This document shows, piece by piece, positions 40,777 to 49,555 of a stretch of 64,000 nt of DNA. Every line of letters begins with the position of its first letter. Position 1 is the stretch's first letter. Origin of the DNA: an uncultured bacterium (lineage in GTDB: Bacteria > Patescibacteriota > Patescibacteriia > SG8-24 > DYFX01); NCBI GenBank assembly GCA_937900255.1, contig CALCDZ010000004.1, positions 20,857 to 84,856 of the forward strand, given 5' to 3'. The notes beneath the pieces are model-generated. The model was not told the DNA's origin. It worked only from the letters and a program-made list of their open reading frames with translations, and ran no database searches. A program made the translations under genes and the position numbers.

Positions 40777-41265
40777 ATGCGTATGTTCATCACGACGCAC
40801 GCCGCGATCGGCGCTTTGGTGGGGGTCGCCGTACCGAACCGGTATCTGGCCTTCGCGCTCGGGTTCCTCTCGCACTTCCTGGCGGACCGCATCCCGCATG
40901 GGGACGAGCACATGCTCGATGGCTACAAATCAGGCGAAAAGACCAGGCGGGCGGTCGCCTACGTCACGATCGATTCGGTCATCGCCATGTACGTGACGTT
41001 GATGATCCTCTCGAACGCGCCCGCCGACCTGCACGGCCCGATGAAATGGGGACTCATCGGCAGCGTCCTCCCGGACCTCCTCGTCGGCGTCTATGAGCTC
41101 ACCAAGGTCCAACCGTTCTTCCGTCGCTTCACCGCCTTCCATCACCAGAACCACCATCTCTGGATCGGCAAGTACCGCAAGGGCAAGGACATCCCGTTCA
41201 AGTGGGGAGTGGCCTATCAGATGGTCGCCGCCGTCATCCTGGTCAAGATCGCCGTGCTCGGTTGA
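40777..41265 (+). CDS. membrane-bound metal-dependent hydrolase (YdjM/DUF457-like)
   Basis: Multi-TM with the HFLADRIPHGDEH motif typical of the DUF457/YdjM family. Start chosen at MRMFITTH. Confidence 0.45.
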   Translation: MRMFITTHAAIGALVGVAVPNRYLAFALGFLSHFLADRIPHGDEHMLDGYKSGEKTRRAVAYVTIDSVIAMYVTLMILSNAPADLHGPMKWGLIGSVLPDLLVGVYELTKVQPFFRRFTAFHHQNHHLWIGKYRKGKDIPFKWGVAYQMVAAVILVKIAVLG

Positions 41266-41268
41266 TCG

Positions 41269-41299
41269 AAAAAAGCCTCTCCGGCCGGAGGGGCTTTTT
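41269..41299. terminator. bidirectional rho-independent terminator
   Basis: AAAAA-GCCTCTCCGG/CCGGAGGGGC-TTTTTT; serves ydjM-like (+) and tRNA-Leu (-). Confidence 0.6.
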
Positions 41300-41385
41300 T
41301 GGTGCCACGGGAGGGACTTGAACCCTCATGACCTTGCGATCGGGGGATTTTGAGTCCCCTGCGTCTGCCATTTCGCCACCGTGGC
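41300..41385 (-). tRNA. tRNA-Leu (anticodon CAA), long variable arm
   Basis: Minus-strand GCCACGG/CCGTGGC acceptor; 3-bp D stem; anticodon stem GGGGA/TCCCC with loop CTCAAAA; 15-nt variable arm; T-arm GAGGG-TTCAAGT-CCCTC; ACCA end. Confidence 0.85.
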
Positions 41386-41447
41386 GCGGTTTTCAGCGCG
41401 AAACTAGGCTCAGTTTATGGCACGGTCGGACCCTTGTCAATCGTGCC

Positions 41448-41476
41448 TTGCCGTGCTCGTACCCCTCGGCTACACT
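41448..41476 (+). promoter_or_regulatory. candidate parA promoter, leaderless or near-leaderless
   Basis: TTGCCG-N17-TACACT; the -10 ends 2-8 nt before the first in-frame ATGs (41479/41485). Same -10 hexamer as the tuf candidate promoter. Confidence 0.35.
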
Positions 41477-41484
41477 GTATGCGT

Positions 41485-42270
41485 ATGGCCCTCATCCTTT
41501 CGGTCGTCAATCAAAAAGGGGGAGTCGGAAAGACCACCACGGCCGTGAACCTGGGAGCGTATCTGGCGCGCCAAGGCAAGTTCGTGCTGCTGGTCGACCT
41601 CGATCCGCAGTGCAATGCCACGTCCAATCTGGGCCACGATCATCACGCCATCGAGAAGGGCGTCTACGAGGCCATCACCGGCCAGGCGGATTTCCGGGAT
41701 ATCATCGTCCCGACCACGATCGAAGGCTATCGACTGGCCCCGGCCACGCCGAACTTGGCGGGCGCGAGCGTCGAGCTGGTCGGCGCGGAACGCCGCGAGT
41801 TCAAGCTGGCCGATGCCATGATGGGCATCCGTCATGATTACGATTTCATCATCATCGATTCCCCGCCGTCCCTCGGCCTCCTGACGGTCAACGGCCTGAT
41901 CGCGGCCGACCAGGTGCTCATCCCGGTCCAGGCCGAGTACTTCGCGCTGGAAGGTTTGAGCGCCCTCATGAAGACGATCGACCTGGTCAAGGAGCACGTC
42001 AAGCCGGAGCTCTCCGTGCTCGGCGCCGTCATCACGATGTTCGACGGCCGCAACAAGCTCTCCAACGAGGTCATGGCCGAACTGTACAAGTATTTCCCGG
42101 ACAAGATCTTCCGTTCGGCCGTCCCGAGGAACGTCCGCTTGGCAGAAGCGCCTTCCTACGGCAAGTCGATCATCGATTACGATCCGGGTTCCAAAGGCGC
42201 CAAGGCCTATGAGCGGCTGGCGGAAGAGGTCATCGCCGCCGTGGAAAAAACCGAACTTGCCGCCGTATGA
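41485..42270 (+). CDS. parA: chromosome partitioning ATPase ParA/Soj
   Basis: Deviant Walker A KGGVGKTTTAVNLGAY; start may be 41479 (MRM...). Confidence 0.9.
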   Translation: MALILSVVNQKGGVGKTTTAVNLGAYLARQGKFVLLVDLDPQCNATSNLGHDHHAIEKGVYEAITGQADFRDIIVPTTIEGYRLAPATPNLAGASVELVGAERREFKLADAMMGIRHDYDFIIIDSPPSLGLLTVNGLIAADQVLIPVQAEYFALEGLSALMKTIDLVKEHVKPELSVLGAVITMFDGRNKLSNEVMAELYKYFPDKIFRSAVPRNVRLAEAPSYGKSIIDYDPGSKGAKAYERLAEEVIAAVEKTELAAV

Positions 42271-43166
42271 AGGGGGGACTCGGGAGGGGTCTTTCATCGT
42301 TGATTCCCAACAAGCCGGCAGAACCGGTCGCGACGCCGCAAGCGGCAGCCGTTTCACCCAAGCCGGGTGAAGCCTTGGAACAGGTTCCCGTCGGGGAGCG
42401 CATCCTGCACGTCCCGGTCGGTGACATCGTCCCGAACCCGCACCAGCCGCGTCGCGAGTTCCATGCCGAGGAGCTCGAGGAGCTGATCTCTTCCATCAAG
42501 GAGTTCGGCATCCTTCAACCGATCACCGTCACCGAAAAACCGAACGGCCTGTATGAGCTGATCGCCGGCGAGCGGCGCCTGCGTTCCGCCAAGGAAGCGG
42601 GTCTCAAGAAGGTGCCGGTCATCGTCCGTGACGCCACCGAGCAGGAAAAACTGGAACTTGCGCTGATCGAGAACATCCAGCGCGCCGACCTTTCGCCGAT
42701 CGAGGAGGCGCACGCCTATGCCAAGCTGGCCGAGGAGTTCGGCCTGACCCAGGAGAAGGTCGCGGAACGCGTCGGCAAGAGCCGTTCCGTCGTCGCCAAC
42801 ACCCTCCGGCTGCTCGGATTGCCGGGCGAGATGCAGATGGCGCTCGCCGACGGGCGCATCTCGATGTCGATGGCGCGGGTGCTCTGCGGCATGGACGAGG
42901 CCAAGGAGCGCAAGGCGATGTTCGAGCGGATGCTCCAAGGCGATTTCAACGTCCGCCAGGCCGAAGCCGTCTCGCGCGAACGCAAAGGGGGGGAGAAGGC
43001 CCGAGGATCGGTCAAGGACGTCAACCTCATGGCCGTCGAGGAGGAGCTCCGCCGCGCGCTCGGCACCAAGGTGGGCGTCCAGAAGAAAGGGCACAACGGC
43101 AGGATCACCATCGAGTTCTATTCCGACGAGGAGTTCAAGGGGATCGTCGACCGGTTGAGAGGATGA
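42267..43166 (+). CDS. parB: chromosome partitioning protein ParB/Spo0J
   Basis: LGRGLSSLIP, ParB box GERRLRSAKEAG, HTH. Confidence 0.9.
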   Translation: MKGGLGRGLSSLIPNKPAEPVATPQAAAVSPKPGEALEQVPVGERILHVPVGDIVPNPHQPRREFHAEELEELISSIKEFGILQPITVTEKPNGLYELIAGERRLRSAKEAGLKKVPVIVRDATEQEKLELALIENIQRADLSPIEEAHAYAKLAEEFGLTQEKVAERVGKSRSVVANTLRLLGLPGEMQMALADGRISMSMARVLCGMDEAKERKAMFERMLQGDFNVRQAEAVSRERKGGEKARGSVKDVNLMAVEEELRRALGTKVGVQKKGHNGRITIEFYSDEEFKGIVDRLRG

Positions 43167-43201
43167 AAAGACGCCTGGCTTCAGCCGAGGCGCCTTTTTT
43201 T
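43167..43201. terminator. possible bidirectional terminator between parB and rel
   Basis: Imperfect GC hairpin GACGCCTGGC...GCCGAGGCGCC followed by TTTTTTT. Confidence 0.4.
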
Positions 43202-44641
43202 CGCGTAGGATTTGATCCGGTCCTTCGCATGATGGGTCTTGACGAACTTCAGCCAGTCTCCGTTCGGCCCTTTGCGGTGCTTGTCGATGACGATTTCGCA
43301 CATGTCGCCGGAGTAGAGGCAGGCGTCGAGCGGCGCGATCTCGTTGTTGATGCGGGCGGCGGCGCACTTGTCCCCGATGGCGGAATGGATGGCATAGGCG
43401 AAGTCGACCGGGCAGGCGTCTTCGGGCAGGTCGATGACGTCGCCCTTCGGCGTGAAGACGAAGATGCGTTTCTGGAAGACGTCGATCTTGAGCTTCTCGA
43501 CGGATTCGAGCAGCGTGCCTGGGGCCTCCATCGTTTCCTTCTGGAGCTTGACGAGCTCCTTGACCCAGGCGAGCTGCGCGTTGATGATGGCGGGCGATTC
43601 CTTGCCCTGTTCCACGTAGTGCCAATGCGCGGCGATGCCGTACTCGGACTCCTCGTGCATCTGTTCGGTGCGGATCTGGATCTCGACGATCTCCCCGCCG
43701 TCGCAGAAGACGGTCGTGTGCAGCGATTGGTAGCCGTTGGGTTTCGGCTGGGCGATGTAGTCCTTGATGCGGCCCTTGAGCGGCTTCCACAGCTGGTGGA
43801 CGATGCCAAGCGTCGCATAGCAGTCCGCCACGGTCGGCACGATCACGCGCAACGCCACCAGGTCGTAGATCTTGTCGAGGTTGCGTCCGTGCTTCATCAG
43901 CTTCTTGTAGAGGCTGTAGATGTGCTTGGTGCGCCCGTGGATGTCGAGGAGCGCGATGCGGTTCTTTTCGAGCTCGCCCGAGATCCTTTCCCCGATCTTC
44001 TTGAGGTAGCGTTCCTTGGCGCGATACCGGTCTTTCACCAGGCCCGAGACCCAGGCATAGTCCTTCGGGTTCACGTATCTGAAGGAAAGGTCCTCCAAGC
44101 GGCCTTGGATGAAACCCATGCCGAGCCGGTTGGCGATCGGCGCGTAGATTTCCAGCGTCTCGAGGGCGATCCGGGCGCGCTTGCGCTGCGGCAGGGCATC
44201 GAGGGTGGAGAGGTTGTGGAGGCGGTCCGCGAACTTGATCAGGATGACGCGGATGTCCGAGGCCATCGCCACGAACATCTTGCGGAGGTTCTCCACGTAC
44301 CGTTCCATGCCGCGGTACTTGATCTTCCCGAGCTTGGTGATGCCGCCGACCATCGAGGCGACGTCCTTGCCGAAGAGCTTCTCGATGTCCAAGAGGGTGA
44401 CGGGCGTATCTTCCGGGACGTCATGCAGGAGCCCGGCGACGATCATGTTTTCCGGCAGCCGCAGCTTGGCGAGCGTGATGGCCGTCTCGACCGAGTGGTT
44501 GATGTACGGCTCGCCGGAGGCGCGTTTCTGGCCTTCATGCGCCTTTTCGGCGAAATCATAAGCCAGCTCGATCGTGTCGAGGTCGGTCTTGGGCGAATAT
44601 TCCTTCACGGTTTCCAGCAGGCGGGAGAGGCCCATAGACAT
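43181..44641 (-). CDS. (p)ppGpp synthetase/hydrolase Rel/SpoT homologue, short form (HD-Synth-TGS only)
   Basis: HD domain (LLHDVPEDT), RelA/SpoT synthetase domain (YQSLHTTV), TGS (VFTPKGDVIDLPEDACPVDFAY...); 486 aa, no ACT/RRM C-terminus. Confidence 0.85.
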   Translation of the reverse strand: MSMGLSRLLETVKEYSPKTDLDTIELAYDFAEKAHEGQKRASGEPYINHSVETAITLAKLRLPENMIVAGLLHDVPEDTPVTLLDIEKLFGKDVASMVGGITKLGKIKYRGMERYVENLRKMFVAMASDIRVILIKFADRLHNLSTLDALPQRKRARIALETLEIYAPIANRLGMGFIQGRLEDLSFRYVNPKDYAWVSGLVKDRYRAKERYLKKIGERISGELEKNRIALLDIHGRTKHIYSLYKKLMKHGRNLDKIYDLVALRVIVPTVADCYATLGIVHQLWKPLKGRIKDYIAQPKPNGYQSLHTTVFCDGGEIVEIQIRTEQMHEESEYGIAAHWHYVEQGKESPAIINAQLAWVKELVKLQKETMEAPGTLLESVEKLKIDVFQKRIFVFTPKGDVIDLPEDACPVDFAYAIHSAIGDKCAAARINNEIAPLDACLYSGDMCEIVIDKHRKGPNGDWLKFVKTHHAKDRIKSYAKKRRLG

Positions 44642-44688
44642 CCAGCCTAAAACAAAACCTCCCCTTTAGGGAAGGGGGAGGTCTCGTC

Positions 44689-46920
44689 TCATTCCTCCTT
44701 CTGCGGCGCGTCCTTGGTGAAGTCGCACTCCTTGTTGGAGCAGGCGATCTTGTGGTCCTTGGCGAAGACCAGGAGCTCCTTGCACTTCGGGCAGACTTCG
44801 CCGGTCGGCTTGGACCACATGGCGAAGTCGCAGTCTGGGTAGCGCGAGCAGGCGTAGAAGTTGCGGCCTTTACGGGAGCGCTTTTCGATGACGTCTCCTT
44901 CCTTGCACTTTGGGCATTTGGCCCCGGTCAGCTTCTTGATCTGCTTGGTGAACTTGCAGTCCGGATACTTGGAACAGGAGAGGAAGGCGCCGAAGCGGCC
45001 GCGTTTGACCATCATCGGGGCGCCGCACGTCTCGCAGACTTCGCCGGCCGCCTGTTCCTGCGCGGCGTCCTGCGCGGCCTTGTCCTTCTCGTCGTACGGC
45101 TTGGTGGTCTTGCATTCGGGGTAGCCGGAGCAGGCGTAGAACTTGCCGAAGCGGCCGAACTTGATGATCATCGGCTTGCCGCACTTCTCGCACTTCTCGT
45201 CCGTCTCCGTTTCCGTCAAGCCCTTCTTGGAGAGCTCCTTCTCCTTCACGTCCAGGTTCTCATGGAACGGCCCGTAGAACGACGAGATGACCGGTACCCA
45301 GGCCTGCGTCCCTTCGGCGATGTCGTCGAGGGTGTTTTCCATGTTGGCCGTGAAGTCGTAGTCCACGATGGACGCGAAATGCTCGACCAGGAGGTCGTTC
45401 ACCAGGAGGGCCAATTCGGTCGGCTTGAGGCGGCGTTCGTCCTTCTCGACGTAGCCGCGGTCGATGACGGTCGAGATGGTCGGGGCGTAGGTCGACGGGC
45501 GGCCGATGCCGCGTTCTTCCAGCGCCTTCACGAGCGTCGCTTCCGAATAGCGCGGCGGCGGTTCGGTGAAGTGCCGCTTGGGATCGATCGACTTCGCTTC
45601 GAGCGCGTCCTTCTCCTCCAGCGGCGGCAGCAGGTTCTCCTTCATGTCCGTCTGGTAGACGCTCATGAAGCCGGGCTTGTCGACGATCGAGCCGGTGGCG
45701 CGGAAGCGGTAGGGGGTGCCGCTCGCGATGGTGGCGGAGGTCGTCTCGATTTCGGCATCCTTCATCTGGGACGCCATGGCGCGTCGCCAGATCAGCTCGT
45801 AGAGCTTGTTCTGCCGGTCGTCCAGGTATTGCCTGACGGATTCGGGCGTGCGCATCGCGGAGGTGGGCCGGATGGCTTCGTGGGCTTCCTGCGCGCCTTT
45901 GGACTTGGTCTTGTAGACGCGCGCTTCCGGCGAGACGTCGTTCGGGAACGTTTCCTTCAGGTACGCATGCGTCTCTTCCAGGAACTTCTGGGCGAGGTTG
46001 ACCGAGTCGGTACGCATGTAGGTGATGAGACCGACCGACCCTTCCTCGCCGAGCTCGACGCCTTCATACAGCTGCTGCGCCAGCATCATGGTCTGCTTGG
46101 CGGAGTAGCCGAGCTTGTTGTTGGAGTCCTGCTGGAGGGTGGAGGTGGTGAACGGCGCGGCGGGGGAGCGCTTGCTCGTCTTCTTTTCGACCGTCTCGAT
46201 CGAGTAGGAGGCTTTTTCCAGCGTCTTCAAGATGCCCTTGGCTTCCGCCTCGTTCGGGATGGCCATCTTGTCGAGCGTCTCGCCGTCCTTGCTGTGAAGC
46301 CGGGCTTCGAAAGCCGTCGGCACGCCCTTCTTCAGGAACTCGGCTTCGATCGACCAGTATTCTTCCGGCTTGAAAGCCAGGACTTCGCGTTCGCGCTCGA
46401 CGATCAGGCGGACGACTACCGACTGCACGCGTCCGGCCGAAAGCCCGCGGGCGACTTTGCGCCAGAGGAACGGCGAAAGCTCGTACCCGACCAGGCGGTC
46501 GAGCACGCGGCGGGCCTGTTGGGCGTCGACCATGCGTTCGTCGATGTGGCGGGGCGCCTTGAGGGCGTGCTCGATGGCCTCCTTGGTGATCTCGTGGAAG
46601 GTGATGCGCTTGGCTTTCTCCGCCTTGATCTTCAGGAGCTCGCTCAGGTGCCAGGAGATGGCCTCTCCTTCGCGGTCTTCATCCGTCGCGAAGTAGATCT
46701 CGTCGGCGGCCTTGGCGGCCTTCCGGAGTTCGGCCACCACCTTGGTGGACTTCTTCGGGATGACGTATTTGGGGGCGAAATCGTGCTTGATGTCGATGCC
46801 CATGGTGGACGTCGGCAGGTCGCGCACGTGCCCGAAGGAGGACAGGACCTTATAGCCCTTGCCCAGGAACTTCGAGATGGTTTTCGCTTTGGTGGGGGAC
46901 TCGACGATGATGAGTTTCAT
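44689..46920 (-). CDS. topA: DNA topoisomerase I
   Basis: Toprim MKLIIVESPTKAKTI..., active-site Tyr region, four C-terminal C4 zinc ribbons. Start at MKLIIV inside a longer track ORF. Confidence 0.9.
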   Translation of the reverse strand: MKLIIVESPTKAKTISKFLGKGYKVLSSFGHVRDLPTSTMGIDIKHDFAPKYVIPKKSTKVVAELRKAAKAADEIYFATDEDREGEAISWHLSELLKIKAEKAKRITFHEITKEAIEHALKAPRHIDERMVDAQQARRVLDRLVGYELSPFLWRKVARGLSAGRVQSVVVRLIVEREREVLAFKPEEYWSIEAEFLKKGVPTAFEARLHSKDGETLDKMAIPNEAEAKGILKTLEKASYSIETVEKKTSKRSPAAPFTTSTLQQDSNNKLGYSAKQTMMLAQQLYEGVELGEEGSVGLITYMRTDSVNLAQKFLEETHAYLKETFPNDVSPEARVYKTKSKGAQEAHEAIRPTSAMRTPESVRQYLDDRQNKLYELIWRRAMASQMKDAEIETTSATIASGTPYRFRATGSIVDKPGFMSVYQTDMKENLLPPLEEKDALEAKSIDPKRHFTEPPPRYSEATLVKALEERGIGRPSTYAPTISTVIDRGYVEKDERRLKPTELALLVNDLLVEHFASIVDYDFTANMENTLDDIAEGTQAWVPVISSFYGPFHENLDVKEKELSKKGLTETETDEKCEKCGKPMIIKFGRFGKFYACSGYPECKTTKPYDEKDKAAQDAAQEQAAGEVCETCGAPMMVKRGRFGAFLSCSKYPDCKFTKQIKKLTGAKCPKCKEGDVIEKRSRKGRNFYACSRYPDCDFAMWSKPTGEVCPKCKELLVFAKDHKIACSNKECDFTKDAPQKEE

Positions 46921-46955
46921 ATCGTGGCGGAAGATACCAACGCGGCGTGACGGCG

Positions 46956-47828
46956 TCAAGTATATAAGGTATAGCGCCCGCCGCCAACCGAGCGGACAAG
47001 CCCTTTGAGTTCCAGTGCCGTCAGTACGCCGGAAACGGCCGTGACGGAGAGCTGCAGGGCGCGTGAAAGCGCGTCGGCGGTGTCGATGCCGGTCGCCAGT
47101 TTTTCGGCCACGGCGCGCTCGGGCGGCGGCAGGTCTTCCATCGGGAACAGTCGGCCTTGGCGGCCGCCGTTACGGACCTCGAACCCGAGCGCTTGGGCGA
47201 GATCATCCGGTCCGTTGATGGGCGTGGCGCCGTTCCTGATCAGCTCGTTAGGGCCCTGCGAGTTCTCTTGCGTGATCGCTCCCGGCACGGCCCAGACCTC
47301 CCGGCCCATGTCGAGCGCCAGCTTGGCGGTGATCATCGCGCCGGATTTATGGGGCGCTTCGATGACCAGGACCGCCCTACTCAGAGCGGCGATCAGGCGG
47401 TTGCGCTCCGGGAAATGATGGGGCAGAGACGGCGCGCCGGGAGGGTATTCGCTCATGATCGCGCCGCCCGATTCCAGGATGCGCTTGGCGAGCCCGGCAT
47501 GGCTGCTCGGGGAGATCGATCGGTCATCGATCCCGCCGCCGATGATCGCGACGGTCATTCCGCCGCCCTCGACCGCCGTCTCGTGGGCCACCCCGTCGAT
47601 GCCGAGCGCGAGGCCGCTTACGACCGGTACGCCCAGCCGGACGAGTTCGCGCACCAGCAGTTCCGTGCAGGCGCGCCCGTACGGCGTGATGCGGCGGGTA
47701 CCTACGACGGCCACCCCGGGCGTCTTCGGCAGCTGCCCGCGCAAGAACAGCCGCGTGGGCGTGGGAGAGGTATGCTGCACTCCTTGAGGCCAGTCGGGAT
47801 CGTTCGGTCGAAGAAGACGTTGTTCCAT
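46956..47828 (-). CDS. dprA: DNA processing protein DprA (Smf)
   Basis: Rossmann-like DprA core (SGLALGIDGVAHETAVEGGG, TVAIIGGGID) plus C-terminal winged helix. Confidence 0.8.
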   Translation of the reverse strand: MEQRLLRPNDPDWPQGVQHTSPTPTRLFLRGQLPKTPGVAVVGTRRITPYGRACTELLVRELVRLGVPVVSGLALGIDGVAHETAVEGGGMTVAIIGGGIDDRSISPSSHAGLAKRILESGGAIMSEYPPGAPSLPHHFPERNRLIAALSRAVLVIEAPHKSGAMITAKLALDMGREVWAVPGAITQENSQGPNELIRNGATPINGPDDLAQALGFEVRNGGRQGRLFPMEDLPPPERAVAEKLATGIDTADALSRALQLSVTAVSGVLTALELKGLVRSVGGGRYTLYT

Positions 47829-47921
47829 AGTTTCTCGGGCCTAGCAGACCTGACGCCCGGCATGCAAGTTCTCCGCTTGACAGCCACCGGTTTTTGGCGT
47901 ATTTTCGCTGGTCCTGCGCGC

Positions 47922-49412
47922 ATGATGCGTGCAGGCGTCCTTATCGAATCGTTTTGCGTCCGGACGGACGCTTGGAGGATGAACATGTCGCTTCGCGTCC
48001 TTTGTACTCGACTGGGCTCCGCGCCCGACGATCAGACCATCGAACCGTCTTGCGGCGTCATGGACGTCTATGACGGTTCGGTGCACATCCGTAGGGTGGT
48101 GGTCGACTGCGGCTGCATCCCGATCCATTCGGGCGTGCCGTTCGGGCGGCGCAGCTGGCTTCTTCCGGACCTCGCGTTCTTCAAGGACAGTCGACCGATC
48201 GATGCCGTCTGCATCACGCACGTCCATGGTGATCATTCCGGGGCTCTGGCGCTGCTCATCCCGTACTTGTCGCCGACGGCCAGGATTTGGATGACGATGC
48301 CCTCATATGCTTCGTTCCAGGCCTATCTTGAGGCGGATCTCAAGTCCGCCTTGAAAAGCGAACGGCGCGGCGGACGGCGCGAAACGCTCGGAAGCGCCGC
48401 TGAAATCGTGCAAGTCGAACCAAGGATTCATCCGATCGCCAAGCCGGGAGAGTATGAGATCCTTCCGGGGCTCAGGGCCTATGTCCACCCGGAGGGCCAT
48501 GTCCGCGGCGCGTGCTCGTTCACGTTCCGTGTCGGCGGACGGAACATCCACTACGCCGGCGACCGCTGTTCTCATGACCAGCCGGGCATCAAGGGCGGTC
48601 GTCCGCTGCCCGAGGCGTGGCGTCCGCACGTCATCGCGGCATCCGACTGCACGTACGGCGCGGACCTCGAGTCCGATGCCCGCAGCTGGGACAGCGAGAT
48701 GCGGAAAGGGCGCGAGCTCGTGAGGGAGGCCGTGGCGCGTCGGGCGCCCGTGCTCTGTTGCGCCTTCGGGGTGCACCGAGGAAGCGCGATCGTCCATGGC
48801 CTGCAAGAGCTCGGATTGTCGGAGCTCCTCCTCGACGGCGCCTGTCGTATCCATACGAAGATCGCGATGTCGGAGCAGGGGAGCTGGTCCGATTCGGATA
48901 CGCCGCTCGATATCGGCAACGCGAGGTTCGTGATGGGGGAGGAGCGCGATGGATTGGCGAAGGATGGAGAGCCTCGCGTCGTCGTCTCGACGCCGGGGAT
49001 GGGCGGGCCGGGAGGGGCGGCAAGCGCCTGGAAAGGGGAGTTGCTGCCGAATCCTGACGCCCTCGTCCTCTTCGCCAGCGGCTACCTGGCCAAGGGCAGC
49101 GATGGCGCGCGCATCATGGCCGCCGTTGCCGAACGGGAACGGACCGGCGTGGCTCCTGTGCTGGACTTCGAGGGTCGCGATGAGCGAGGTCCGATGGTCG
49201 AAAGCTTGGCGGTCGCCTGCCGGGTCGCCCAGATCCGCACGGGCGGTCACGATTCCCGGGCCGACATCCTCAGATGGTTCGGACAGTACAAGCCGGAAAC
49301 CGCCGTCCTTTGCCATGGGTCGTCGGCGGCCCTGGCATCGGTGGCGTCGGAGCTCCGTGGGTTCATTCCGAACCTTGTCATCGGCGTCCGGACCCTAGAA
49401 ATCGATATTTGA
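47922..49412 (+). CDS. beta-CASP family MBL-fold nuclease (RNA-metabolising metallo-beta-lactamase type)
   Basis: MBL motifs VVVDCG, HVHGDHSG (HxHxDH), EGHVRGA, YAGD; beta-CASP motifs A SDCTYG, B GGHDSRADIL, C LCHGSS. Start at 47922; the upstream track ORF extension overlaps dprA and is rejected. Confidence 0.65.
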   Translation: MMRAGVLIESFCVRTDAWRMNMSLRVLCTRLGSAPDDQTIEPSCGVMDVYDGSVHIRRVVVDCGCIPIHSGVPFGRRSWLLPDLAFFKDSRPIDAVCITHVHGDHSGALALLIPYLSPTARIWMTMPSYASFQAYLEADLKSALKSERRGGRRETLGSAAEIVQVEPRIHPIAKPGEYEILPGLRAYVHPEGHVRGACSFTFRVGGRNIHYAGDRCSHDQPGIKGGRPLPEAWRPHVIAASDCTYGADLESDARSWDSEMRKGRELVREAVARRAPVLCCAFGVHRGSAIVHGLQELGLSELLLDGACRIHTKIAMSEQGSWSDSDTPLDIGNARFVMGEERDGLAKDGEPRVVVSTPGMGGPGGAASAWKGELLPNPDALVLFASGYLAKGSDGARIMAAVAERERTGVAPVLDFEGRDERGPMVESLAVACRVAQIRTGGHDSRADILRWFGQYKPETAVLCHGSSAALASVASELRGFIPNLVIGVRTLEIDI

Positions 49413-49451
49413 GCCTATTCGCACGCGGTCATAAGCCGCGTGTTTCTATTT

Positions 49452-49492
49452 TGATATAATCTATTGACAAAACAGGCTTTTCGTGCTATCCT
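49452..49492 (+). promoter_or_regulatory. strong candidate promoter (extended -10 plus -35/-10 pair)
   Basis: TGATATAAT extended -10 at 49452-49460, immediately followed by TTGACA-N17-TATCCT (49464-49492), in an A+T-rich spacer; AAGGAGGA RBS 6 nt before ATG 49556. Confidence 0.5.
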
Positions 49493-49555
49493 ACGTGGTC
49501 ACGCAGGCATTCTGCCCGCCACTGACACCCCACCCGTTTTCAAGGAGGATTTCAC

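Noticed and set aside
47157-47921. 5' 255 codons of the 751-aa plus-strand track ORF
   Set aside because: Overlaps dprA on the opposite strand and shows no protein-like features. The beta-CASP gene is taken to start at ATG 47922, after the dprA start.
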